From Torpedo marmorata (Eukaryota), in contig OZ360219.1 in assembly GCA_977017645.1 (NCBI GenBank), positions 161,944,001-162,008,000 on the forward strand: DNA of 64,000 bases, given 5' to 3'. The notes under the pieces were generated by a model. That model made no database searches. It was not told the origin of the DNA and worked only from the letters and a program-made list of their open reading frames with translations. The position numbers and the translations under genes were made by a program. This document shows positions 46,945 to 60,502 of this stretch, in pieces; the first letter of the stretch is position 1, and every line of letters starts with the position of its first letter.

Positions 46945-47743
46945 CTCACTGGGATGACTGCCGCAGATGAAGTAAGAGGCCACAAGGAAACCGTGACTTT
47001 GGACGGAGTTGACAGCATGCCTCCGGGACCCTTGAGCCTGGACTCCATAGCCGACTCCCGGGAACACTGTGATCCCTTATCCGGAGTTGATCTGGTTCCC
47101 TGCTGAGATCCAATAAAGAACCCGAGAGTAAAGACAAGGTAAGAAAAGTAGAGTTTTGGATTTTGTAGCATAGATCTGTAGCCTGGGTAAATTTTAAGTG
47201 TAAGACTCATTTTGGATAGCAGGCTAGGGAAATGGGACAGACTATGGACAGAAGTGATGGAGTTTTGTCGCATAGGCTTGTAGCCTGGGTAATTTTTTTT
47301 TTAAAGCGCGAATGCAGTCCCCCACTACCACAAATTTTGCAGTCAAGTATCCCGCATTTGGGGACTTCGCAGGCGTCAGCACACCCGAAGTGCAATGGGA
47401 TAGCCTCGTCATGGGAGATTGGCCATCTTGATCACTGATTCTCCCCTGCCAGGTAAGTATGGTAAATTTTAATTGTAGTGCTCGATTCGGAAAGCAGGCT
47501 AGGAAAATGGGACAGGCTATGGACAAAAGTGATAGGGGAATGGCATTTTAACACGTGTTACATAAACCTGGAAAAAGGAATGAGAGTTTATTTGGAATAA
47601 GTTTGTTTGGAAGACTATAGTAGTACTACAGGGTTTGTCTGGGAGATGAACAAAATAAATAAAGCCTGGGATAAAGTATAATTCGATCAACGGCAAGGAA
47701 AGCCCGGATAAATTGTAATTTGGACGGCAGGCGTGTAGTGAAA

Positions 47744-48500
47744 ATGGGACAAGCATTAGATAAAAGCGATGGGGGAACTCCGGTGCAACAAATGTGTTAT
47801 TTGCACCCAGAATATCAAAAGGAATATCAACAATTGTTAGCAGCATTAACAAAAAGGTTAGGTAACGAGGAATGGCCGATCAGTGGTACGTGGTCTGTGA
47901 GGGTGATAGAGAAAGCGGAGCAATTATTATGGGAAAAGGATGCAGCAAAAAAATGGAAGAAGAGGATTATGGAAAGGGGAGGCACAGAAGAAGTGGGAAG
48001 AAGCAAAGAGTAAAAGTTGGAGGGATAATGCAAGTTGTAGAGGGATAGCAGTATGCACTCAGGGTGGAAAACAAAAGACTTGGCTGGTATTGCAGTCAGA
48101 GTGTGACTGGCACGATAAACAACAGGAGAGAAAAGAAAGTGAACAGAAATAGAGGGAGGAACTTAGGATATAGATTCATGCAATCACAGGGACAAATAAA
48201 TGTAGAAAAAATATGTAGCAAAGAAATGGAAAAAAATTAATGAACAAATGGAACGATGAGGCAACTGAGAGGAGAGATAAAACTATGCTGGCCAGCAGGA
48301 GGAATAACACATGTGAGAGATAAAACTATGCTGGCCAGAGGAGAGATAAAACTATGCTGGGCAGCAGGAGGAATAACATGTGAGAGAGAAAAGCACAAAA
48401 AGCTGAAAAAGGGAAAAAGGATTAGAGAAAAATAACGTAATTGCATGTCTGGCATATCGACTTTGTTCGGTAACCATAGTGAAGCTGATAATGATTGGCA
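47744..48500 (+). pseudogene. ERV gag matrix remnant
   Basis: MGQALDKSDGGTPV...EEWPISGTWS (myristoylation-type start, WPxxGT motif), decaying downstream. Confidence 0.65.
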
Positions 48501-50099
48501 GGTCCTGCCCTATCTATTGACCCCTGTGCAGTATTTTTTTTGAAGATTCTGAAATTAAACTTTTCTCCAAGAGTTACAAATACTGTCTATGTAACTATAT
48601 TTTTTTCAACATTCAACAAATGCCTGTTTGAAATTATATTTTGCTCTTTAATTATACCAATAATGTTGATTTAGGAAGTTCAAGGGGACTAATTTAACTA
48701 ATTTAAAAATACCCAGCTAAGTTATTTGGATAAGATGGATATCAAACTAGAAGGTGCTAAGTGGAGCTGAAAGTTTCATGTTAATTATTTGGAGCAGAAC
48801 AATGTTGATATCAGTCGATCTGTGGGAATCATTGGAAATGCAGCATGACAACTTTACAAATTTAGAGTTGGTACTCTTTTTCATTACAAGCTTAACTGCA
48901 TGCTGTAGTTTTGTTTGTGTAAGGGCTTTGCAGGGAAATGCCTTGGATGAAAAATATTTCTCTATTTGGTTGTTTTGACCTAGGCTGCCCCAAATGAGGA
49001 CATTAAGAATGGGTTCGTATTGAGACATACGAAATGTGTCAAGAAAACACCGTTTCAAAATGCTTGCTGCAGTGTAGATTTGTACTGCTGTTTGTTTCAT
49101 CTTAGAATATTCACTTTTAAACCACCCTTGTTTTTGTTAAAAACACCATTTTTCTTTAAGATGATGACCCTTTAAGCTCTAGTCTATTCTCCTTTGAAGC
49201 ATAAACCTATTTTAAATAGAGCTTCAAATATTCAGTCATAACCTGTAGTTCCTGCAAACCTTCAAAGGTAATCCAATCAGTAAGTAGTTAAGTGGAACAT
49301 TCCTGCTACTTTAACAAGGTCATACTATTTCTGACAGGCTGAATATTTGCATATCATTAAAATGCAGCAACACAGCAACTCAGCAACAGGAGACTAGAAA
49401 ACCAAGAGAAAATTATCTGTATAGGTAGAAGTAGCAAACAGCAAGTTTTGTGGACAAATGAGACAATTAAGAGTAAAAACTGAACATTTATATTACTTTG
49501 ACTCCTAGACAGAACATGAGAATGATTTGGGGGATATTGACAAAATGCAGCAGTAGGCAATTGAGTTATGGGATAAATAGTTGCAATAAGAAAGTATGAG
49601 AAAGTGATGAGCTATAGTTTTGTCAGTAAAAAATATTGCTCGTGTTAATAATGTATTATATGGATAAAGCGATCATAATAGTGTATTAGAAAGTTCAATG
49701 TATGTAGAAAATTGGTTAAATTAATAGTAATATGTTTCTTGTTGGCATCAACTTGGGAATCTAGGGACAGTTTCAAGTTCAGAAATGGGAAGCTGGACAA
49801 AGTGATACGGCAAAGTGACCAGTGGGTGAATGACTGTCCAGAGGTGCAAAAGCATTGAGATTTTCAGGGAGTGCACAAGTGTATAATCCTGAGTTTTCCT
49901 ATATTCCCAAAGTTCTGCACAGAGCTTTCTATTTTTCAGTATGTGAATTATTCACTTCATTTAGTCTGCATTCTTTTGCCTGTAAACGGCAGAAAACCCT
50001 GAGTGGGAGATAAACAAGCTGCTTTACGGTTAATCGACAGACCGGATTTGCCAGACATGTAACAAGTGCCCGATCAGCAGAGGGACGCCTCTGCCGCTG

Positions 50100-51145
50100 A
50101 GAAACAACAATGGGAATAGATGGGCTGCGCCCCACATCCCGATACTCAGTTATGGGTTACGCCGGCTGGCCAAACGTGTACCAGATATCTTTTTACCCCT
50201 GTTACTTGATTATGTGCACACTGGTACCCACCTGGACAAGGAGGGAATGATAAATACCTTACTGAAGACATGGTGGCATCCAAATTTTAGTGAAGCAGTC
50301 GTAAAAAGAGCAAAGAACTGCCATTCCAGCAGGGAAGTACCCCTTGCCAGGAGGCCATTTTTCTTGTTTATAATTAGATTTTATTGAATTATTGTGAATG
50401 CATTGCTGTAAATGTTGCTTGATGATAGTGAATGTTTTTAGTCGGTGGATGGAGGCTATCCCAACCAACAATACTGCTTTGACTGTTAGTTAAGATTTTG
50501 TTAAGGGAAATAATTCCCTGCTGTGGACTGCCTGAGGCATTGAGTTCAGATAATGGTCCTCACTTTGTAGCCAGGATAAATGAAGAATTATATAAGGAAT
50601 TGGGAATCCAACAGCGGTTCCACTGCTCCCATCGCCCCCAGACGGCAGGAATAGTGGAATGTGCGAATGGAACATTAAAAACTAAGCTGGCGAAATTGAC
50701 TGAGGAAACAGGGCTGAATTGGCTGAAAGTGCTACCCTAACATTGTTTAATATGCGGGTGACACCGCAGGCTAACTCGGGGCTATCTGCTGTAGAGATGG
50801 TCTACGAACGGCCAATGCGGACACCTTGGGGGGGGCAAAGCCCACACCGCCAGTAGGGATGGATTTATTATCGCTAGGCAAAGACATGAGAAAATATTTG
50901 AGTAATCTAACTAAAACTTTGAGCTGTGCATTCACAGGTACACCAAGCCCTCCAAAAGGAGGGTGACCCAACAAATTGAAGTGGTGAATATCCTAACGTC
51001 GAGCCTGGAAATTATGTCCTCATAAAAAATTGGGATAGGAAGAAATTGGGACCTCGGTGGAAAGGGGCATTCCAGGTCCTGTTAACAACACTGTCCACAG
51101 TAAAGCTTGAAGGACAGCCTCGCTGGATACACCGAACAGACTGAA
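50100..51145 (+). pseudogene. ERV integrase remnant
   Basis: EIIPCCGLPEALSSDNGPHFVA...HRPQTAGIVECANGTLKTKL...WLKVLP; GPRWKGAFQVLLTT...RWIH. Confidence 0.88.
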
Positions 51146-51167
51146 ATAAAAAGGTCCACCTTAAACA

Positions 51168-52258
51168 TGAAAACTTTATTGTTATGCCCTTTTGTCACCT
51201 TGACATTTGAACTGAATGCCAGAGTCGTGAATGAAAAGGGGAATTTTGGGCGGCAGCATAATACCTTTTTACATGTGTCTTATATGCTGATAAGATGAAT
51301 GTTTCTAGCTGTTGAATCTATTCCCATATTCGAACAAACTCAACGGGTGGTATCCCCTCAAGACCCAGCCCCTACCCCATACAGGAAGTGATAGAATGGA
51401 TTTTAAGACAGAACCAATCACAGACAAGTGAAAGTGAGGATATAAACTTGTGGAGGTCAGCAGGGTATAACATAACATCTTTTATTAAATGGTACCTGCC
51501 GTTATATAACCATACCAAGCTGGGAGAAAGTTGATGTAAAACTTTTACTGCATACAATGAAACATTTTATTTGTGGACATAAGGCATATCCATGGCTGAC
51601 TGCTAATTGGATGGGGTCCTGTTATTTGGGATGTGTGGTTCCCTCTATACATCATGTACAGAAGCTACACCAATACCCTGATTGGCCAGATGTAGCCGGG
51701 TTCAGGACAAAGAGAGGTATCTCTAAGATGGAGCAGGTCTTTATGATTCTGTTCCCCTTTTATGGTACAGGAAAGGCATCCAAAGAGCTGATTCGCCCAG
51801 CCTCAGTGTTGGAGCTATTGGTTAATGACACGGCAAAGGAGCTCCAAGAAGCTGGGGAGGCAGTTTCTCAACTATCAGTTGAGATGGTTGCCATCCGTAC
51901 TGTGGCGATCTAGAACTGAATAGTCCTTGACTTTATTTTGGCTGATCGTGGGAAGACCTGTAAAATTATAGGTCAAGACTGCTGTATGTATATTCCTGAT
52001 AGCTCTCAAAACATCACTAATTTGGTGAGCCACATGCAAAAATAGATACAGGACTTACGAGAAATTGGTGCGGATATACATGACTAAAACATCAACCACT
52101 TTGCACAATGGTTTGGCACTGGGTGGATCCAGTGGCTGGGAAAAAGTTTTATCATATTCCTAGCTATCCTTGTAGCTGTACTGTTTTTATGCTGTCTTTG
52201 TAAAAGTGTGTTGCAACAAGTATCCTCCACAGTCTTTTCGTAGTTATCATGAAATGAT
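51168..52258 (+). pseudogene. ERV env remnant (gamma-type TM)
   Basis: FICGHKAYPWL..NWMGSCYLG, furin site RTKR, degenerate ISD (xNx..LDFILA), CKIIGQDCC (CX6CC), hydrophobic TM at ~52145-52200. Confidence 0.85.
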
Positions 52259-52270
52259 AAAAGGAGGGAA

Positions 52271-53678
52271 TGTAAAATGTTATGGACCATGACTGACCAT
52301 TTGGACTGCGGACGGTCAGCAGGAAGGATGAAGTCTTTTGGAGTATACACTGGGGCCAGGTACTGAAAGAGTTAATTTCCCCAGGACTTGGTGTACCCAG
52401 ACAAGATACATTGTTGCACTTTTGGTGTACCCAGACAGAGAGAGACCAGAGAGAGAGAGACAGACTGTGGACAAGATACGTTTGTTGCACTTTTGAAAAA
52501 GCAGGTGCAGATCTCTGCAAGAAGCAGACAGTTGTGAATTGCAAAGGCTAGAGAACACAGCCAAATCCAGGCTTGTGCATAGTCAGAGAAAAGACTGGCG
52601 GAATAGCACATGGCCTCCTGTCTCAGAGAAATTCTGAGGAAAAGCAACTTCTGTGGAGAACAGGCGTGAGATCAGCGAGACTAGCTGTGAGATTCAAGCA
52701 CACGCCTAAATCAGTGGTATACTGATCTGAACTCGCAATCCTTATGAACCCACAAGAAGGGGACATCATCAGAGAAGAAAACAAGTATTTGTAAGCATAA
52801 ACAGTCATTGTCTCTCTCCAACGTTCATTCAGAAGTACTTCTACCAGACACAGAGCTGAATTTGAAGCCTGAACTTAGAGTGAATTTTGTGGACTGTATT
52901 ATTCTATTTTTTGACTGACTTGTTTTTTATGACTGACCTGGGGTTTTTTCGGGAAAGTTTTTCCATTTTTACATAAGGGTTGGGCACAGAATGTAATGGT
53001 CTGGGCTTTACACATACACACACCTTTTAGATAAGAATAGTGTTTATAGATGTTTATAGTGGGGTTAATTGTTGTGAAATTATATGTTTAATTGTCTTTA
53101 ATAAATAGTAATTTCAATTTTACCCCTTTTGCATTGCGTCTTCTGTCGTTGCTGGTTTGATTTTGTAACAAAAAGAATGCCAAACATTAAGGGAAGGGGC
53201 CTCTGCTCTATTTGTAGACATAAAGATTTGCTAGCCTTGCAGATAAAGATTCACAATTAGACAATAGAGTTGAGTAAAGTTTCATAAGTACACGGTTGCT
53301 TGATATGTCTGAAAACAAAAACAAGATATGGCTCAACTAGACAAATAGAGAATGACCAAAAGTTGAGCAAAATTAACCTTTCTAAAGTTGCATGTCTAGA
53401 GAAACTACAAGGACAGATGTTAATGAAAAGCAGGAACAATCAGCTGCAAGAAACCTGTGCAAATAACTTGTGAAACTACATGACTATATAAGATGTACCT
53501 AAATGCTGTATGAATTGAGTGAGGCTCAGTGCAGGGAATGAGTGACACTGTCTACTCATTCTTTGTACCCCTTACTCCCGCTAGCGTTATCAAGGCTGAA
53601 TAAAGAAACTGTTGTATGCTTAATTGGTTCTGCTGTATTCTGCTGTTTGTCTTATTACAGTGCAGGCTGACTTTCACA
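52271..53678 (+). repeat. ERV 3' LTR (52271-52277 plus 53175-53678)
   Basis: Direct repeat of the 5' LTR, ending CTTTCACA. Confidence 0.9.
52278..53170 (+). mobile_element. Solo LTR (probably Gypsy) inserted into the ERV 3' LTR
   Basis: TGTTA...TAACA termini and AAAA 4-bp TSD (52274-52277 and 53171-53174). Removing it restores TGTAAAAGAATGCC. AATAAA at ~53100. Confidence 0.85.
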
Positions 53679-53984
53679 ATCTAGGATCAATTGATTCTAA
53701 ATAAAGCAGATTAAAGAGTTATATTGTGTCTCAAGACAATGTTTAGACAACCTATACCATATTTTAAAGGAAGGGCACAGTCTGTACTTTAAAGTTCCAA
53801 CAGCATTTGATAATTACATTCTGGAAGGAGATGTGACTGTTGAAGCAACCAATGCTAAGTTTCTTCACAGTTGTTGCAGTGGTTCTTGCTGAAGTCAAAG
53901 GATTAATTTTAAAAATTTTAATAATTAACCATGTATTTGTTGCTCTCGTCATCATATATGCTGGACTAACGTATTCTTTTAAGT

Positions 53985-54815
53985 GAAACACGGAAGTCTG
54001 GAGATGCTGTGATTGTAGTAAAAACAGAGATTCTGGAGGAATTCAGCCAGTCTCGCAGCGTCCATAGGAGATGAAGATATATTACCGACGTTTTGTGCCT
54101 GAGCCCTTCCTCAAGGTATGAGTTTAAAAAAACGAGGCAGGCATCTGTATAGAAGGCTGGGGAAAAGGGGAAGAATCGGGTGTGGGTGGGGGGGGGGGAG
54201 AAGTACAGACCAACAGACAAAAGGTGTTGATTGGATATGATAAGAGGACAGGAGAGAGGAAAGGTGAGAATTGATTTTTGGCTCTGTGAAAGGAGACAGA
54301 GGGAAAAGGGAGGGGGGGAAAGAGAGAGAAAATAAAGACATGGGGAAAGATTGGGGGAGGGGTTCTATCGGAAACCAGAGACGTCGATGTTAATGCCATC
54401 TGGTTGGAGGGTGCCCAAACAGGGGGAACCGGTGCTCCTGTTGTGGTCTACATCGGTCTATACATCGGAGAGACTGGACGCTAACTGGGAGATCGCTTCG
54501 TTGAGCACCTCGGCTCTGTTCGTCGCCATAGTGTAGATCTCCCAGTGGCCAACCATTTCAATTCCCTGCCCCATTCCCTTGCTGTTATGTCTGTCTATGG
54601 TCTTATGCACTGCCAGACTGAGACCACCCACAAATTGGAAGAACAACACCTCATATTCTGTCTGGGCACCCTCCAACTGGATGGCATTAACATCAACCTC
54701 CGGTTTCCGTTATAACCCCCCTTGAGGAAGGGCTCAAGCCCAAAATGTCAGTAATATATCTTTACCTCCTATGGACACTGCGAGACTGGCTAAGTTCCTC
54801 CAGCATCTCTGTATT
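53985..54815. mobile_element. Penelope insertion with an inverted pseudo-LTR (53985-54420 minus, 54455-54815 plus)
   Basis: VYIGETGR.LGDRFVEHL...KLEEQHLIFCLGTLQLDGIN on the plus strand and a mirror copy of the 3' end on the minus strand. Both carry CCTTGAGGAAGGGCTCA.GC.CAAAA.GTC. Confidence 0.85.
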
Positions 54816-55204
54816 CTTTTAAGTGTCTAGGTCAGCAGTTACCTATCAATCAATATACAAGTGAAAATAGAAATTATTGGAAATACTCAGCAGATCAGGC
54901 AGCATCAATGAATAGAAAAATACTTGACATTTAAGGAGATTTTTTTTTTTTTTTTTTTTTTCAGAACTAGTATAGACTTTGTCACATTTGCATTCCAGTT
55001 CATTTGGAGTGAAGAATTGTTATATTCATTCTGATGAAAAATCATTGATATAAAATATTGATTCTTGTTCATCTATCTTGAACCGTTAATTAATTCTGAA
55101 GAAAGGAGATTGACCTGAAACATTAACTCCACAAATGTTGTATGACTGCTGTGTATTACAGATTTCCAGCACCTGAACGTTTTTGCTTTTCAATCCCTAA
55201 TGCA

Positions 55205-55365
55205 AATATTATGATAGTTTCATTGCTTTTATGGAACCTTATTGTGCACAAATTGCCTACTGTGATTTCCTACCTCACAACAAAGTGCATTCCAGATGTA
55301 AGCTGCAAAGAGCATTTTGAGACATCCTGAAATTGTGAAAAGTAGGACACAAATGCAAAATTCTT
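55205..55365 (+). mobile_element. Deu-domain SINE (SacSINE1/AmnSINE1-like) 3' remnant
   Basis: TTGTGCACAAATTG...TTTCCTAC...ACAACA...GCATTTTGAGACATCCTGA..TGTGAAA resembles the recalled DeuSINE 3' region. Confidence 0.45.
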
Positions 55366-56064
55366 TGTATGATTTAAGTTGCTCCTGTTTATAATGTGAT
55401 ACATGGTGCTGGCATTGATGACCCATGACTATATTTTCTCAAATCTATAAAATTATGTCCTTGCAGTGGATTTAGATTCTTGTCTTCTCACCTCTTGAAG
55501 TTTAGAATCACACTTGACTGATAGGATGATTGTCTCACTTTGATAATTGAACGAGTTCCTGCTGAAATGGACTTCAACATTGATAACCCAATCCCTAGTG
55601 GACACACAATTCAGCACTAAAGCAGACACTGAATCAGCAGATGCACTCGGATAAGTCTCATTGATGCTAAATAAATTGTTACTTTGAGATGGAATTTAAA
55701 ACACATTGTTGAAGTAATGCAAAGTTAGTCAATATACGTATGTACCATATGTATAACAGCCAACTATTATAATGAATGCACTTATGTCCTTGGGAAGAGC
55801 ATTAAAACAAAATATAAGAAGCTGGACCAATTAAAACCTTTGGCATAACCAAGTTCATTTCCCTCTAAATTAAAATCCACACCCCTACTTTTCACTATCC
55901 CAAGTATTACGTGTTAATTCAAGAACTAACATTTAATTTCCCTTTCCTATGTTGGAAAAGGACAAATAATTCCAATAACATTAAAAATTGACAAGCATGT
56001 TTGAAAAATAATTCAGTGGAAAAACTCCATTGTGCAGGTTATAAAAACACCCCCATATTCTCCC

Positions 56065-56588
56065 ATACAGTGCTGTTGGAGAGCAGCGAAATTATCAAGG
56101 GTCCACAACACCCAGGACATGCTCAGTTCTCATAGCTGCCATCAGGAAGGAGGTATAGGTGCCACAAGACTTGTACCTCCAGGTTCAGGAATAGTTACTA
56201 CCCCTTTACCCCTCCACTATCAGACTCCTGAAAAACAAACTCATTCAGAGACTGAAACATGAAAGTGTGCAGATGCTGTGATTGCAGTCAAAACACAGAA
56301 ATGCTGGAGGAACTCAGCCGGTCTTGCAGCATCCATTGGAGGTAAAGATATACTGTATTACCTTCCTCAAGGTTTGATTCTCATTCAGAGACTCATTTAA
56401 GGACTTTTATTTTGCCCATTATTTATTGCTGTATATTTCTTCTACTTTCTTTGCACAGTTTGTTTACAGTTCTTTCTTTGAGTACAGATTACAGTTACTG
56501 GTAATTAGAAATTCTGCCTGGCCTGCAGAAAAAGAATCTTAGGATGGTATGTTGAATGTCATGTATGTACTCAGAAAATAAATTTGAA
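56065..56588 (+). mobile_element. Rex1/Babar-like 3' fragment containing a Penelope pLTR piece; tail split by L1
   Basis: Homologous to 4820-4972 plus 6295-6518. Minus-strand pLTR at 56254-56379 is flanked by a CTCATTCAGAGACT direct repeat. The tail resumes at 60503-60527. Confidence 0.75.
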
Positions 56589-59500
56589 TCAGAATTAATG
56601 TGTAAAAATTCTTGAATTTCTCTTCTTATATAATTACAAAAATCCGTTCTTTTCAATAAAGAGGAATTAAATCTCCATCTATATATAATTTTTTATTTTT
56701 CTGGAATTATACATGACATTAATAGAGGTGAATTATCAGAAATTATTCTTGCCTTATATTGTGCTTGAGTCACCCTATCTTCTAATTGTGATGACAGTAA
56801 AAACATGTCTATTCTAGAATAAGAATCATGTCTAAAAGAATAAAAGGAATAATCTTTTTCTCTCGGATTCAACTTCCTCCAAATATCAATTAAATTCAAA
56901 GCTTTCATCAAAGTAAGAATTCTTTTAGCAGTTTTAGTTCTAATAGTTGATTTCGATGTTTTATCCATTATTGGATCTAAACAACAATTAAAATCTCCAC
57001 CAATTAAAATATTATCATTTGCTTCTGACAAATGCATAAAGGAATCTTGAATAAATTGTTCATCTTGCATATTTGGCACATATATATTCATGAGTGTCCA
57101 CATTTCTGAATATATCTGACAGTTTATTAAGACGTATCTTCCTGACACATCTGTAACCACCGATTGTATTTTAAAGGGTAACTTTTTATTAATTAATATA
57201 GCACCTCCTTTTGCTTTAGATTTAAATGAAGGCGCTACCACTTGACCAACCCATTCTCTTTTCAACTTCTGATGTTCTATATCTGTCAAATGTGTCTCTT
57301 GTAAAAAAGCTATATCAATATTTAACTTTTTAATGTATGCTAAAGTTTTCTTCCTTTTAATCGGATTATTATTTGGGAGGCTTTGAAAGCTTATTTAAGA
57401 TGTCAAATAATAAGTTATTCAGCAAAAATTAAGAAGGAATATATTCAGGAATTGGATAATTTGGAGAAGGAGATTAAGTTTTTGGAGAAGGATTTGCAAA
57501 AAAAAGATCAGAAGAAAATTTAACTGAGAAAAAATTATATTATAATACGTTGCAAACATATAAAATGGAAAAATTAATTGAAAAACTAAGCAAAGATATT
57601 ATGAATTGGGAGAAAGAGTTCAAAGTCTTAGCCTGGCAATTAAAGAAAGAACAAACTTCTAGAACTATAACGGCTATAAAAAGGAATTGTAAGAAAATAA
57701 CATACAAACCGCAAGAAATAAATGATTCTTTCAAGGATTTTTATTCAAATTTATATAAATCTCAAACTGATAAAGATGATTCTAAAATTAATGAATTTTT
57801 ATCTAAAATTAAGATGCCTAGGTTAAATATTCAAAGTAAAGAATTTTTAGATTCATCGTTTACGATGAGAGAAGTTAATGAGGTTCTTAGTTCTTTAACA
57901 AGTGGAAAGTCTCTGGGGGAGGATGGTTTCCCATCAGAATTTTATAAGGAATTTAAGGATTTATTGATACCTCCTTATTTGGAGGCATTAAAACAAATAA
58001 CAGAAACTCATTCTCTACCGGAAACTTTTTCAAATGCAATAATAACAGTTATACCTAAAAAAGATAGATGTATTGAAAACAGAATCACATAGACCAATTT
58101 CATTGTTAAATGTGGATTATAAGATAATGGCGAAAATTTTAGCAAATAGAGTGGCTAAATATTTACCAGATTTAATTCATGTAGATCAAGCAGGTTTTAT
58201 TAAGAATAGATATTCAAAAGATAATATAGCCAGATTAATTAGTTTAACAAATGTGGCAGAAAAGAGAGAGGAATTAGCATTAGTATTAACATTAGATGCC
58301 GAAAAGGCTTTTGACAGATTAGAGTGGAATTATTTATTTAAAGTACTGGAAAAATTTGGTTTTGGAACTACATTTATTAATTGGATTAAAACTATATATA
58401 AAGAACCTTCTGCCAGAGTGGTGACAAATGGACAAATTTCTTCAAAATTTTCTTTGACTAGGTCAACCAGACAAGGATGCCCTTTGTCGCCAGCATTGTT
58501 TATTTTAGCAATAGAACCTTTAGCAGAATTAATTAGACAAGATATTAAGATTGTAGGTATTGAAGTTGGAAATGAAGAGCATAAAATTAGTTTATTTGCA
58601 GATGACGTATTGATTTATATGACAAAACCTATTACTTCTTGAATACAATTGAATGGTATATTGAGAGAATATGGGGAAATTTCTGGTTATAAGATTAATT
58701 CTGATAAAAGTGAAATTATGGCATTGACACAAGGGGATTATAATAAATGTAAAGAAATTACACAATTTAAATGGTCAAATGGAGGAATTAAATATTTGGG
58801 AATAAAGATAGATACAAAATTAGCCAATTTATATAAATTATTTACCATTTTTTATGAATATCAGAAAAGATTTAGAAAGTTGGAAGGATTTACCTATAAC
58901 TTTAATAGGAAGGGTAAATTGTATTAAATGAATGTTTTTCCAAGAATTCAATATCTTTTTCAATCAATTCCTTATGAAATTCCTCAAAAATTCTTTAAAG
59001 ATTTAAATTTAATTATTAGGAAATTTTTGTGGAAAGGAAAGTTGGCTAGAGTAGGTATGGAGAAATTAACCTGGAATTACGAAATGGGTGGTTTACAACT
59101 TCCCAATTTTCAAAATTATTATAAAGCAGCTCAATTAAAATTTATTAATGAAATGTTTGATTTAGGAAAATCTTCTGCTTGGATTAGAATAGAATTAAAT
59201 AATAGAGGAGAAGATTTGAAAGAAGATGTTTTTTATAAATGGAATTCTAAATTATTATTAACAGCAGGGAAAAACTCTCCTATTTTTAAATATTTGTTAG
59301 AAATATGAAGATAGGAGGTAAAGGGTTAATTTCTCAAAAAATGCCTCTATCAATATAAACTTATTCCATTTACTGTTGATAATCAATTATTTAAAATTTG
59401 GTTCCAAAAGGGAATTAAGAAAATAAATGATTGTTTTGAAGCTAGTAAATTTATTACTTTTCAAAGAATGAAAGATAAGTTTAATGTATCAAATAATACA

Positions 59501-60502
59501 CTTTTTGCTTATTATCAAATTAGAGCATTTTTAGTTGAAAGTTTGGGATATAGTTTGACTTTACCAAGACAAAATGAACTGGAATTATTAGTTACTAATG
59601 GAGGTGTAAACAAATTTATTTCTCAAATGTATAGATTGTTACAGAGAAAAATGCCTAAACTATGAATTCATAAATCAAGATTAAATTGGGAATCCGATCT
59701 GAATGTAACAATAGACGAAGAACATTGAAAATAATTATGTAAACAAAGTATGACAAAGATTATTAATGTTAGATATAGATTTGTGCAAAATATAATTTTT
59801 TAATCAATTATATTTAACACCTAAAAAATTAAAGAAATTTAATCCCACATTATCTGGTTTATGTTTTAGATGTAATAGAGAGGAAAGTTCTTTTGTACAT
59901 TCTACATTGCTTTGTCCAAAGATATATGATTTTTGGTTGAAAGTTAAAAAGTTTTTAGATAAAGTATTAAGAATTACACTCCCAATGGATCCTATGATAT
60001 TTTTGTTTGGAGATATTAAAAGAATTAGTATTAAGATGAAATTAAATATGTATCAAATAGAATTTTTGCGAATTGCTCTAGCTGTTTCTAAGAAATGCAT
60101 TGCTATTACATGGAAATCTGATGTAGATTTAGGGTTAGAAAGATGGCATGCAGAACTTCGTTCATGCATACCACTTGAAAAAAATACTTATAATTTACGT
60201 AATAAACATAATTTCTTTTTGAAAATATGGAGCCCATATATAAAAACTGTCGGTTTAAGGATTTGAATATCTCTGGATATCAGATCTGACTGGCGAACCT
60301 GTGTTCCACAATAAAATTAGCTAAATGTTGTTCTTTTTTAGATTGACATTCTCCTTACTCTATCTTTTTCTTTCTTTCTTTCTTTCTTTCCAGGAGGGAG
60401 GGAGGGGGGGGTGAAAATGTATCACATGTATTTTGATAATTTTGCATTTTATACTATGTACTGTGTGATTTAAAAATTTTAAATAAAATATTTTTTTTAA
60501 AA
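56589..60502 (+). mobile_element. L1 LINE with 5' inversion (twin priming)
   Basis: 16-bp TSD AGAAAATAAATTTGAA (56573-56588 and 60503-60518). Endonuclease domain (LQETH, GGDFN, YSRID) is on the minus strand at 56589-57370. The rest of ORF2 (RT FADD, Cys knuckle) is on the plus strand at 57371-60266. Confidence 0.95.

Larger units (their letters stand above)
46402..53678 (+). mobile_element. Endogenous retrovirus, class I (gamma/epsilon-like), heavily deleted
   Basis: Paired ~520-bp LTRs, PBS, MGQ gag start, integrase, gamma-type env, PPT AAAAGGAGGGAA at 52259-52270. Possible TSD ACCT/ATCT. Confidence 0.92.
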
